Part shown: positions 1 to 8,845 of the stretch, piece by piece | How positions within the stretch are numbered: the stretch's first letter is position 1 | Layout of the letters: every line of letters begins with the position of its first letter | Assembly (NCBI GenBank): GCA_048938445.1 | Contig: JBHLME010000093.1 | Location: 1-17,765, forward strand | Direction: 5' to 3' | Origin: Promethearchaeota archaeon | GTDB lineage: Archaea; Asgardarchaeota; Lokiarchaeia; Sigyniarchaeales; SOKP01 | DNA: 17,765 bases | Notes under the pieces: generated by a model | The model's input: the letters and a program-made list of their open reading frames with translations, nothing else | What the model was told of the DNA's origin: nothing | Databases searched by the model: none | Translations under genes and position numbers: made by a program

Positions 1-2
1 AT

Positions 3-1496
3 TCATCAGTCACTTTAGCGATAATTGAATTTGAGGGAGCAAATCATTCAATGTATGTAATAAGCTTTAAAAAATGGCGATATGCAGGATGGACACCATC
101 AACTATAGGAGTTTATCCTTATAAAATTTGGTTTCAATATGATAATGGTTTATGGGATCATGTGAATGAATCAATTCAAGTGATTGATTCTACCCCTCCA
201 GAAATTTACGATTTAGTGGTGGATTCAAGCATTTCAGAAATAGGTGATCCCATATCCATATCGATTACAATTGTAGATCCATCAGGAATCAAAGTTGTTT
301 TACTCGAATTTGAGAATTATAATTACTCCATGAGTAATATTGGAGATAATAAGTGGCAATATGACTCCTTGACTCCTAATAAAACAGGTGTATATTATTA
401 TAAGATATACATTCAAGATAATGAAAATAATTGGAGAGAAGTCGTTGGTAGTTTTTCTTATTTTATATCAGACTCTGGCATGAGTGGTTTCATTTTTTCT
501 CCTGTATTGCTTACTATAATAATCTCATTAGTAGTTATTTTTGGTATAGTTGGAGGAGTTGAGCTTTATCAAAACGTGCAAAGTACTCCAAGAACCGTCC
601 AATCAAACTTGAAAAAAATATCCAAGTATAACAAGCAAATTAAAGCCAACGTGGGACCATTCTTAGATGACAGAACACGATTGAAAGAGATTGCAAAAAG
701 TGCAGAAGATATCGGAGATTATACAAGAGCTGCTGAAATATATCGAAAGTGTAGGATGATTACTATTAAAATGATTAAAAGCAAAAATAAATCAGAAGAA
801 TTGAACTTGGAAATATTCAAGCATTTAGAACATGAAGCATTATTTATCGATTCCATCATGTCAATAACAATGAAATGTATTAATGATATCATTTCAAGGC
901 ATAGTATTGAAAATGGAATAAATTACTATATCAATCCTATATTACACACGGATAGATCACTCCGACCACATGGGCTCATCTTGAATGAAACGTATTTTCT
1001 CCAGAAAAGATTGATAAACCCGATTAATGGAGAAGATTTAATAAAAGAACTTGATATTGATCCTTTAAGCATGAATAAAATTAAAGCTTGTCAATTAGTT
1101 TTTACAAATTCGTTCTCTATCGATAATTTAAGGAGTATAGCGGAAAAATTTCAAATGGATGACGTGATGCTATTCATAATTTGCCTCAAGTGGCCAAATT
1201 TTCAATATGTCCGGCATTTAGAATTGCCTGTTGATGTGAGCATAAATGTTCGAAAGAATACACGTATCATCAACACTCAATTATTCACGGAATTGATGGA
1301 TTTCAATAAAACTTATACAGATAAGTTCGAAACAATACTCAAATTAAATAAAGACAGGAACGTCACTCTATTAAATAGCATTTTCAAGTATCGATCTTCA
1401 TTTTCTCTTAAAACATACGATTTAATAAGCGATCTGAAAAGAGCAAATTTGATTCAAGATGATTTGGATGAATATTTTAATAATAATATAGATTGA
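3..1496 (+). CDS. 5'-truncated single-pass membrane protein: Ig-like extracellular repeats, TM helix, ~310-aa cytoplasmic region
   Basis: The frame is open from base 3 (SSVTLAIIEFEGANHS-MYV...), so the ATG at 51 is probably internal. It has two similar beta-rich repeats (..EFEGANHSM..KWRY..WTPSTIGVYPYKIWFQ / ..EFENYNYSM..KWQY..LTPNKTGVYYYKIYIQ) and a hydrophobic helix FIFSPVLLTIIISLVVIFGIVGGV at ~489-560. Stop is TGA at 1494-1496. Confidence 0.85.
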   Translation, partial: SSVTLAIIEFEGANHSMYVISFKKWRYAGWTPSTIGVYPYKIWFQYDNGLWDHVNESIQVIDSTPPEIYDLVVDSSISEIGDPISISITIVDPSGIKVVLLEFENYNYSMSNIGDNKWQYDSLTPNKTGVYYYKIYIQDNENNWREVVGSFSYFISDSGMSGFIFSPVLLTIIISLVVIFGIVGGVELYQNVQSTPRTVQSNLKKISKYNKQIKANVGPFLDDRTRLKEIAKSAEDIGDYTRAAEIYRKCRMITIKMIKSKNKSEELNLEIFKHLEHEALFIDSIMSITMKCINDIISRHSIENGINYYINPILHTDRSLRPHGLILNETYFLQKRLINPINGEDLIKELDIDPLSMNKIKACQLVFTNSFSIDNLRSIAEKFQMDDVMLFIICLKWPNFQYVRHLELPVDVSINVRKNTRIINTQLFTELMDFNKTYTDKFETILKLNKDRNVTLLNSIFKYRSSFSLKTYDLISDLKRANLIQDDLDEYFNNNID

Positions 1497-1544
1497 ATGC
1501 CTAACAATAAGAAATAAATCCAATTATCAATTCTGAATTACCTG

Positions 1545-1613
1545 TTGAGAAATAATTTTCCTATAGTTATATAACACCGCGTGAAATATAGGAATATAGG
1601 ATATATTTCTCAA
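1545..1613. repeat. Imperfect ~69-bp inverted repeat / hairpin
   Basis: Outer arms TTGAGAAATA (1545-1554) and TATTTCTCAA (1604-1613) are perfectly complementary. Inner pairs are TCCTATA/TATAGGA and CAC/GTG around a CGC loop. Confidence 0.7.
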
Positions 1614-1660
1614 AATTACTTATCTTTAAATAATCAAGGATATTTTCTATAAATAGGCAA

Positions 1661-2842
1661 ATGGAAGAAAAAGAATTCAAGATAAATGATTATATCACCC
1701 TCAAGCTGGAAAAGAAACATACCGTTATTTACGTGGCGGGAAAAAAATTTGACCAATGTAAGTACTTAGCATTTCAAATAGAACTTCAGAATGTTCAAAA
1801 TTATGATAATATTCAATCTATAGATGAGATGGAACAACTTGATCGTTCAAATAAATTTAAACATTTAAACATCTCTCCCGAGGAAGAATTTTGGGGACAT
1901 TGTTCAAACATACATGCTTGGATTGAAAATGACTATGATACAAGACTTCTTCACAGTAATTTAGCTTTTCCCCTTTTAAAAAAACTAACTGAAGTTGGAA
2001 ATTCGAAAGCAACAAAAGTATTTAAAAACGAAATTGGCATGCGATTAAAAAGTAATTATCCCCCCGTAGTCCACTTTCTTTGCAAAGAGGGCTATATAGG
2101 CTATTTAACAATTGAAGAAATCTTCTCACTAGGTGATGAACCTTTTATCTTAAATTTAGGAAATATCCTTCTCTCTTCACACAAACTTGATAAAGCGATC
2201 AAATGTTTTGAGAAAATCTTATCTATAGAACCACATAGCCGAGATACTTGGAATATATTGGCTATGGCATATTTACGTTATAATAAGGTAGATAAAGCAG
2301 TCGAGTGTCTTAAAAGAGCTTTAAAGATTTTTCCAAATGATATCACCATTTTAAATAATTTGGTTAGTTCATTTTACAAGCAAAATAATTCCATCAAGGT
2401 TATCAAGTATACTCATAAATTGATCTTGTTAGAACCCGGAAATATTATGTTGTTAAAAAGATTAAGTGGAGCGTATCTCAAAATTAATGAAATTGACAAT
2501 GCCATCTTGCATGCAAAGAAAGTAGTAAATTTAAAACCAGAAGATGGTCGGGGATGGTTACAATTGGGTTATTGTTATGAGAAAAAAGGAGATATCAAGA
2601 AGGCAAACGAATTCTTTAAAAAAGCAGAAGAGTTAAATCCAACTCCCAGTATCACACTTGAGAGTATTTTTAATGTTCTCGATAAAAATGAATGGCAGAA
2701 CATAAAAGATCTCATCGTTAAATTAAAAATTAAAGACATGCTACATGCGGAATTATTGCAGTTAAAGTTGTTGCGTTTAGCAAAAGAACATCAGATTTTA
2801 ATGGAAATTATAAATAAACGAAAAAAATGGAAACTTAAATAA
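1661..2842 (+). CDS. Lokiarchaeia-type N-terminal domain + TPR repeats + C-terminal winged-helix-like domain
   Basis: N-terminal EFKINDYITLKLE...SIDE...EEEFWGHCSN...YDTRLLHSNLAFPLLKKL domain, recognised from Lokiarchaeia proteins. About five TPR units follow (e.g. WNILAMAYLRYNKVDKAVECLKRALKIFP, WLQLGYCYEKKGDIKKANEFFKKAEELNP). The last ~65 aa show a helix-helix-helix-beta-hairpin pattern ending KKWKLK. Confidence 0.88.
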   Translation: MEEKEFKINDYITLKLEKKHTVIYVAGKKFDQCKYLAFQIELQNVQNYDNIQSIDEMEQLDRSNKFKHLNISPEEEFWGHCSNIHAWIENDYDTRLLHSNLAFPLLKKLTEVGNSKATKVFKNEIGMRLKSNYPPVVHFLCKEGYIGYLTIEEIFSLGDEPFILNLGNILLSSHKLDKAIKCFEKILSIEPHSRDTWNILAMAYLRYNKVDKAVECLKRALKIFPNDITILNNLVSSFYKQNNSIKVIKYTHKLILLEPGNIMLLKRLSGAYLKINEIDNAILHAKKVVNLKPEDGRGWLQLGYCYEKKGDIKKANEFFKKAEELNPTPSITLESIFNVLDKNEWQNIKDLIVKLKIKDMLHAELLQLKLLRLAKEHQILMEIINKRKKWKLK

Positions 2843-2942
2843 ATGTCAATATGATTCTTTAATTTAAAGGTAAAAATAATAATATTCCACTAATTATTGA
2901 AAGAAGCATGTCTCTCTCATTTTTAATGATATAAGTTTCACT

Positions 2943-3125
2943 TTACCAAATTTTTTTACTCTTATCCATTTTTTTTTGAAAGTCTTTCAAAGCCTTTTTT
3001 TGGTTTTTGACTTTTTTTTTACCAGCATCGCTTTTATATTTTGTATGATGATATTTATGGTCTTTGTCTTGCTTATGCTCCTTAAGAACATCTACTCTAC
3101 TTTCATATCTTTTACTCATAATCAT
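2943..3125 (-). CDS. Small Lys-rich basic hypothetical protein (alternative start ATG at 3119)
   Basis: A 58-60-aa hydrophilic ORF with A-rich codons typical of this genome, co-oriented with the CGGC gene. No family recognised. Confidence 0.55.
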   Translation of the reverse strand: MIMSKRYESRVDVLKEHKQDKDHKYHHTKYKSDAGKKKVKNQKKALKDFQKKMDKSKKIW

Positions 3126-3268
3126 TTAAAAGGTAATTGTTACTTTTCGTTAATATTAATATGGTAAAAGAGTAAAATAAATTTTTTTATGGGTTCCACA
3201 TTCAATCCTATACTCTTAAAGATCGTGTTAAATAAGTAAATTCTTTTTTTATTTTTTTTAGATCTCAT

Positions 3269-3709
3269 TTACCAATGATCCGAGCCATTCAACAAACCAT
3301 CTTGGCTTTCATAATCCTTTAATTGCCCTTTTTCCTTCTTAATTTTTAATTCTTGTTCCCATTTATCATCAGAACCGAGAATTACATCAATGCCCATATT
3401 TTTAATTGAATTAATAATATCTCCTTTATGAGTACACTTGGGAAATGGCGTCTCTTTTAATATACAGGATGCAACATGAATGACATCAACGCCCCCCTCT
3501 TCTTTTAAACTTCTAATTAATCTAAATATCCTACGTCCGGGACAGCCTCCACATGAGAAAAATCCTACAAGTTCCGCATTCTCATCGTAATCTTTAAATG
3601 TATGTAATCTTTCGGAGAATGATGTTAAACAGGACGTGCCCGGGCATGACTCTTGTGTTCTATCACATCTTACAATGGCCACTCTTTTTTTTTTTATATC
3701 TTCAGTCAT
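3269..3709 (-). CDS. CGGC domain protein (predicted metal/Fe-S-binding)
   Basis: Shows the CGGC-family pattern AIVRC...CPGTSC...ELVGFFSCGGCPG...VIHVASC...C. The start is more likely the ATG at 3709 (MTEDIKK) than 3757. Confidence 0.9.
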   Translation of the reverse strand: MTEDIKKKRVAIVRCDRTQESCPGTSCLTSFSERLHTFKDYDENAELVGFFSCGGCPGRRIFRLIRSLKEEGGVDVIHVASCILKETPFPKCTHKGDIINSIKNMGIDVILGSDDKWEQELKIKKEKGQLKDYESQDGLLNGSDHW

Positions 3710-3792
3710 TTTTTCTTCCTGAGTTACTAAAGTATTAAATTTATTAAATTTCTTCATCTTTAATTAAGAATCATTAGAGAAACTAATTATTA

Positions 3793-3811
3793 AGCATTTT
3801 AAGCAAGTGTT
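3793..3811. promoter_or_regulatory. Putative palindromic operator (AGCATTT-N5-AAGTGTT), copy upstream of the CGGC gene
   Basis: 3787-3825 matches 14403-14441 at 33/39 positions, and the core is an imperfect inverted repeat. Confidence 0.4.
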
Positions 3812-3880
3812 AAAGAATTCTAAAAAGTTTTTATAAAATAATTCAACAATGAAAAAAAAAGTAAAAAACTATATTCTCTA

Positions 3881-5770
3881 TCATTTGCTATTTTTCTTCC
3901 AAATAATCAATAAAATTAAGCTTAAACTAATAGAAAAGAAGATCAAATAAAAGTTACCAAATGGAATATAATTAATATTATTATAACTAACATCATTTAA
4001 TACTATCTCAACAAATACGGAATCTGAAATACCTAATTGAGAGCTGTTATCACAATATTCAATTGTAAAACAATAATTTCCCGGAATAGATGTATCAATC
4101 GGAATTTCTAGAGTAGAGTCATTCTGCCATTCTGTCCAATCTATAAAAATATTAGTATTATTATTAGGATCATTTACAATAACTCTATATAATCCTCCAC
4201 CATAATCATCATACAATATCCAATTAATATTTTGATTAAGGTTTTGGATTGTTGTAATGTCATCCGGATTATTAGAAGTAGGTATCTCATTTAAATTTGT
4301 AATTATTTGAGAATAGATATCATAATCACCTAAACTATCATCTTCCCATGTAAGAAGTACATTTCCATTTTCATCGCTACATATTTCAGCATACCTAAAA
4401 CTTCTTGTTATATTTCTAATAATAAGTCCATTATTAATCCAGTTTTTTCTACCTTCCGAATTAATTTGTTGAACTACCAATAAATTATAATAGGGGCTTT
4501 CATAATTATATTCAGTCCAACTGATAATTGCACCTTTTTTCTTATCACTATATAATACAGGAGCCCCGAGTCTATATAAATCATATGGTTCAGCGATTAT
4601 AATTCCATTTTTCTGCCAATAAATAGAACCTTTAGAATTTATTTTTTGACCAAATATTATTCTTTCACTATATGCATCACTCCAAGTTATATAGGCCCCT
4701 CCTTCACCATCCTCACAAATTTGTATATAATCTTGAATACCTTCAGCAGTACAAATTGGAATTCCATTAACGTTCCATTGTATATCTCCTGTTGAATTTA
4801 TTCTTTGAGCATATATATTATCACGTGAAGTAGGAGAATATCTATCATCCTCCCAAGTGAAAATTGCACCCCCTAATCCATCACTGCACATTACAGGTAA
4901 AGTTTGAGTACTATCCGCGGTACAAACCGAGACTCCTGAAGACCCCCAAAGAAAATTTCCGTTAGGATCGATTCTCTGAGCAAAAATGTCCCTTCCTGAT
5001 TCATAAATCCTATCCTCCCATAAAATTATTGCCCCTCCTTCACCATCACTCATGATATCAGGGTGAACTCCCCCTGAATTCATATAAATATTTGAATCCA
5101 CGACAAGAATTCCGTTAGTATCCCATTGAATATTCCCTGTTGAATTAATTCTTTGAACATATACATCACATAGAGTGCTAGAAGGATCATCTCCAGCTCT
5201 ATAATCTCGCCATACAAATATCGCACCTCCAGTTCCATCACTACATATTCTAGGTGTTGCTTGACCTCCAATAGCAGTACAAATAGGCATACCATTTGGA
5301 TCCCATTGCATTTCTCCAGTAGAATTTATTTTTTGAGCATAAATATCAAATTGATCCCAAACAGAACCACAATGCCATGTAATGATTGCTCCAGAATCTT
5401 CATCGCTACAAATATCAGAGCAATATAACCAATTATAATTAGGAGAAACAGGTATTCCTCCCGCAATCCACTGGGTGTTTCCATAAGAGTCTATTTTTTG
5501 AGCTTGTATTCTATCTCTTCCCCAAGTAACAATTGCTCCATTATTTCCATCAGTACAAATTCTAGAGGGTCCACTTGATCCACTAATAAATGTTGGATTA
5601 TTATCTCCCAAAATTGTATATGATAATTCCAAGTCTCTTAAATTATAATCATTGGATGGTAAAGTAAAAGGTTTGATACTTGAATTAAGAGTTAAAATAG
5701 TCATAATAATTAAAAAACCTATAAAAAAAACCTTTAAGGACTTATTGAATCTTTTAATTACTAATTGCAT
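3881..5770 (-). CDS. Cell-surface beta-propeller protein (8 repeats) + Ig-like domain + C-terminal TM anchor
   Basis: N-terminal signal/TM segment, then eight IC.DG.GGAI.TW...IYAQ[RK]I.S.G..QW repeats and a beta-rich domain. The C-terminal tail is IPFGNFYLIFFSISLSLILLIIWKKNSK. Confidence 0.88.
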   Translation of the reverse strand: MQLVIKRFNKSLKVFFIGFLIIMTILTLNSSIKPFTLPSNDYNLRDLELSYTILGDNNPTFISGSSGPSRICTDGNNGAIVTWGRDRIQAQKIDSYGNTQWIAGGIPVSPNYNWLYCSDICSDEDSGAIITWHCGSVWDQFDIYAQKINSTGEMQWDPNGMPICTAIGGQATPRICSDGTGGAIFVWRDYRAGDDPSSTLCDVYVQRINSTGNIQWDTNGILVVDSNIYMNSGGVHPDIMSDGEGGAIILWEDRIYESGRDIFAQRIDPNGNFLWGSSGVSVCTADSTQTLPVMCSDGLGGAIFTWEDDRYSPTSRDNIYAQRINSTGDIQWNVNGIPICTAEGIQDYIQICEDGEGGAYITWSDAYSERIIFGQKINSKGSIYWQKNGIIIAEPYDLYRLGAPVLYSDKKKGAIISWTEYNYESPYYNLLVVQQINSEGRKNWINNGLIIRNITRSFRYAEICSDENGNVLLTWEDDSLGDYDIYSQIITNLNEIPTSNNPDDITTIQNLNQNINWILYDDYGGGLYRVIVNDPNNNTNIFIDWTEWQNDSTLEIPIDTSIPGNYCFTIEYCDNSSQLGISDSVFVEIVLNDVSYNNINYIPFGNFYLIFFSISLSLILLIIWKKNSK

Positions 5771-5895
5771 AAATGATTATTTTTGTTTTTGTAATGATAT
5801 AATAATATTATTCCTAAACTATTATATAGATAATGATTTTTTTATGTCAAATAAATATTCATCAATTTTCAATAACCATCAAAATCATCATTGCA

Positions 5896-7068
5896 TCATA
5901 GACGGCTTATTTTTCCATTCTTTATCACGTATTTTTCATTCATTAAACTTGGATTCGTCTTAAATGTTTTCATGATTTGATGTTCAAGTTTTTTTTGGTT
6001 CTCAAGGATGTTAATAACGGGTGTTTCACCAATCGCCATTTGGGCTAATTCAGTAACGTAATACGATTTAATATTTTTATCAGTGGTATATTTAGATAAC
6101 GTCACGTAACACCCCGTGCAGATGTGAGTAATTGCATCGGCATTTGCCTCTTCAGCTTCACGTGCTCTCTCTTGACCGATCTTGGTTGCCAAAGACCTAT
6201 TTGAAAATAACACGGGAGTTCCGCAACATAGTGATTTTTCCCTATTATGTTTCATTTCTACGACTTCAGCACCAATAATTTCAAGAAATTCTCTTGGACC
6301 TTCGTATATTTTTTTATCTAAATTTCTCCATGGACAAGGATCCTGAAATGTAATTCTTTGATCTATCCTGTTTTTTATTTTTAACGTGCCCTCATGATAC
6401 CTTTCAACTAAATAATCTATGATAGTTTGTCCCTCCATATTAAATTCTTTAATAATTGAAGGATACACCCCCTTTATCATTGTATCACATCCCGGACAGA
6501 AAGTAATGAGTTTTTGTATCCCAAGGTTTCTAAATTTTTCAAGTAATTCTAATCCTTTTATCCTTGCTTCATTTTTCCCAAAAGAAGAATAAACATGAGC
6601 ACTACAACAATATTTCATTCCTCCTAAAATTGGGAAGTCATTTAATAAATCAGTCTTAGTGATCTCTGAAAATAAATAAGGAACTGCACAACCCACATAG
6701 AATATTTTATTACTTTTAGGGGGATTTTCATATTCTTCCAGTGCTTGCTGTTTTTTTTCCGTATCAAGTTCTAAACCAATACTCATTAAATTATGGGGAA
6801 TTTCTTCAGTTATGAGACCTAAACAATTCACGCCTTTTTCGTAACGGTGCTTTAATCGTATTTCTCTTATAAGAGAGTATGGATTTGAACCTGTTGGACA
6901 AATAATATTGCAATAAGAACAATAAGCACAGCTCTTTAAAATCTTTCGTGAACGTTTCGTTTCGATCATTTGATTAATTTCTTTTTTTGCACGTTCTTCA
7001 GGTAATTGTAAAAATGGACATTGTTCAAGACATGAACCACATCGCTGACAAGTTTCTTCATTAAACAC
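5896..7068 (-). CDS. Fe-S oxidoreductase, HdrD/GlpC-like (two 4Fe-4S motifs + two CCG domains)
   Basis: Contains CQRCGSCLEQCP and CAYCSYCNIICP, plus CCG-domain motifs YVGC...YCCS...TFCPGC and FQDPC...LCCG...ICTGC. GTG start. Confidence 0.92.
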   Translation of the reverse strand: MFNEETCQRCGSCLEQCPFLQLPEERAKKEINQMIETKRSRKILKSCAYCSYCNIICPTGSNPYSLIREIRLKHRYEKGVNCLGLITEEIPHNLMSIGLELDTEKKQQALEEYENPPKSNKIFYVGCAVPYLFSEITKTDLLNDFPILGGMKYCCSAHVYSSFGKNEARIKGLELLEKFRNLGIQKLITFCPGCDTMIKGVYPSIIKEFNMEGQTIIDYLVERYHEGTLKIKNRIDQRITFQDPCPWRNLDKKIYEGPREFLEIIGAEVVEMKHNREKSLCCGTPVLFSNRSLATKIGQERAREAEEANADAITHICTGCYVTLSKYTTDKNIKSYYVTELAQMAIGETPVINILENQKKLEHQIMKTFKTNPSLMNEKYVIKNGKISRL

Positions 7069-7451
7069 TGCTAAACATCTTTACTCGTTTTAAATAAATT
7101 TCGATTAAATAATATTATTGAAATTTTTTAAATATTATTAACCTCTATGAGATTTATTTAAAATAAAAATTTTCTCAATCATTATTGGTATCCTATTAAT
7201 AAAAGTAATATTATACCATTATGAATATTTTCTTTTTTTTTAATTCTAAAAAATCATTTCTATTGCTATAAATTATAAGATTCTTTTGTAAAATCCTCTT
7301 AATTCTATACTTTAAAAATATTCGGATTTACGGCTCTATTCCCCTAAATAAACCAACATTTAATGATACTGATTCACTTCAATGAATTTATAAGTAAAAT
7401 ATAATGTTACTTTATTTAGAATTGAATTTAATTTGATGGAAGACTTAAAAT

Positions 7452-7946
7452 ATGAAACCATTTCATGAATGCATGAATGAATATAGAAAACAGATGGAGA
7501 AAGGAGACATCAAAAAAGCATATGTAGGATTGATGGAATACATTAAGGAATTGAGATTGTACTTTAAAAATACATATCCTGATTATTTCGTATCTGGGAG
7601 TATTTATCAGGGATACATGGACATGTCGTATTTTTCCTTCTTCCCAGAATCATTAAAACTTCGAAAATTGAAAGTTGCGATAGTTTTTATTCATGACACG
7701 ATCAGATTTGAAGTTTGGTTAGCTGGATATAATAAACAGGTTCAAACAAATTATTGGAAATTGTTTAAAGAAAGTGATTGGAAAAAATACCGCATTCCAT
7801 CAACGACAAAAGGTGCTGATTCTATTATAGAGCACATTTTAGTTGAAAACCCAGATTTTAGTGATTTAAATGCGTTAAAAAAACAAATAGAGAGAGGAAC
7901 ATTGAAATTTATTAAGGATATTGAGAACTTCTTATCTAAATATTAA
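7452..7946 (+). CDS. Conserved hypothetical protein, DUF7000-like
   Basis: The motifs YQGYMDMSYF...LKVAIVFIH...RFEVWLAGYNKQVQ are recognised from this family. The family label is from memory, not from a search. Confidence 0.8.
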   Translation: MKPFHECMNEYRKQMEKGDIKKAYVGLMEYIKELRLYFKNTYPDYFVSGSIYQGYMDMSYFSFFPESLKLRKLKVAIVFIHDTIRFEVWLAGYNKQVQTNYWKLFKESDWKKYRIPSTTKGADSIIEHILVENPDFSDLNALKKQIERGTLKFIKDIENFLSKY

Positions 7947-7955
7947 AATTAACTA

Positions 7956-8525
7956 TTAAATTTTGTCTCTTATATTTTTTAACGCCTTAATTTTTCTTGT
8001 AGCCCCTTCATGTCCCAATTCTTCGGCTTTAGCATAACATTTCAAAGCGTCCTCCACCTCATTGAGCTGCTCATGAATCACCCCTGAATTGAACCACGCC
8101 ATGGCAAAGTTTGGTTCGAGCATGTTCACTTTTTTATTACATTCAAGGGCTTCTTCAAATTTTCCTTGCTTTACATAAATCATTCCTAGATTGATCCAGG
8201 CTTTCACGTAAGCGGGTGTGATTTTTATTGCCTTGGAATAAAAATCTATCGCTTCTTCGAGACGATTTCTATTTAGATATGAATTTGCTAAATTAAAGCA
8301 AACCGCATCGCTGCGAGGGTTAATTTTTAATGCCCGGTGATATGATTCAATAGCATCGTCAAAATTATTTTGTTTTTCGAAGATAAATCCGAGATTTCTC
8401 CATGCGTTAAAGTGATTTGGATTGAGATTTATAGCCTTTTTATAGTTATAAATGGCTTCCTTCAAATTGTCTTGCTTAAAAGCGGCCACTCCTTTTTTAA
8501 AAAAAACTTCGGCTTCGTCTCCCAA
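7956..8525 (-). CDS. TPR-repeat protein
   Basis: About five canonical 34-aa TPRs (e.g. AWRNLGFIFEKQNNFDDAIESYHRALKINP). TTG start. Confidence 0.9.
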   Translation of the reverse strand: MGDEAEVFFKKGVAAFKQDNLKEAIYNYKKAINLNPNHFNAWRNLGFIFEKQNNFDDAIESYHRALKINPRSDAVCFNLANSYLNRNRLEEAIDFYSKAIKITPAYVKAWINLGMIYVKQGKFEEALECNKKVNMLEPNFAMAWFNSGVIHEQLNEVEDALKCYAKAEELGHEGATRKIKALKNIRDKI

Positions 8526-8608
8526 AATAAAGATTCATCTAAATTATTAACATTAAGTAAATACACTATTTGGTACTTAAAAAATCTCTTGGTAATTTTG
8601 TTATTATC

Positions 8609-8649
8609 TACAAATTCTTCATTCTATTTTTCTTTAAATACTTTAAAAT
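8609..8649. repeat. Direct repeat 1, copy A (upstream region of the TPR gene)
   Basis: TACAAATTCTTCATTCTATTTTTCTTTAAATACTTTAAAAT is 40/41 identical to 12240-12280, with weaker similarity continuing ~27 bp further. The minus strand contains a BRE/TATA-like AAAGTATTTAAA. Confidence 0.85.
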
Positions 8650-8845
8650 CATATATTAGTTATCTAAAAAAAATATTGATAATACTACTATTCTTATTAC
8701 CTATAAAATTATAGTTCTGATAAAATCATTGATTATAAGGAAATAAAGCTTTAAGCTAATCCGAAGATCATTAACTAACTACTTTATTTAATAACCTCAT
8801 TGCATTCTATTCTACTAATTTAAGATTAAGTTTTTACTTGTTTTA

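Noticed and set aside
2976-3167. 63-aa hydrophobic + strand ORF
   Set aside because: It is antisense to the Lys-rich ORF, and its Phe/Leu richness is the expected mirror of A-rich codons.
5080-5963. ORFs 5080-5295 (-) and 5652-5963 (+)
   Set aside because: They overlap well-supported genes and have no recognisable motifs.
7069-7451. Long AT-rich divergent intergenic region with short matches to other spacers
   Set aside because: Matches are short and low-complexity, and I could not support any structure or repeat.
8370-8714. 114-aa + strand ORF
   Set aside because: It is antisense to the TPR gene and runs through AT-rich promoter DNA.
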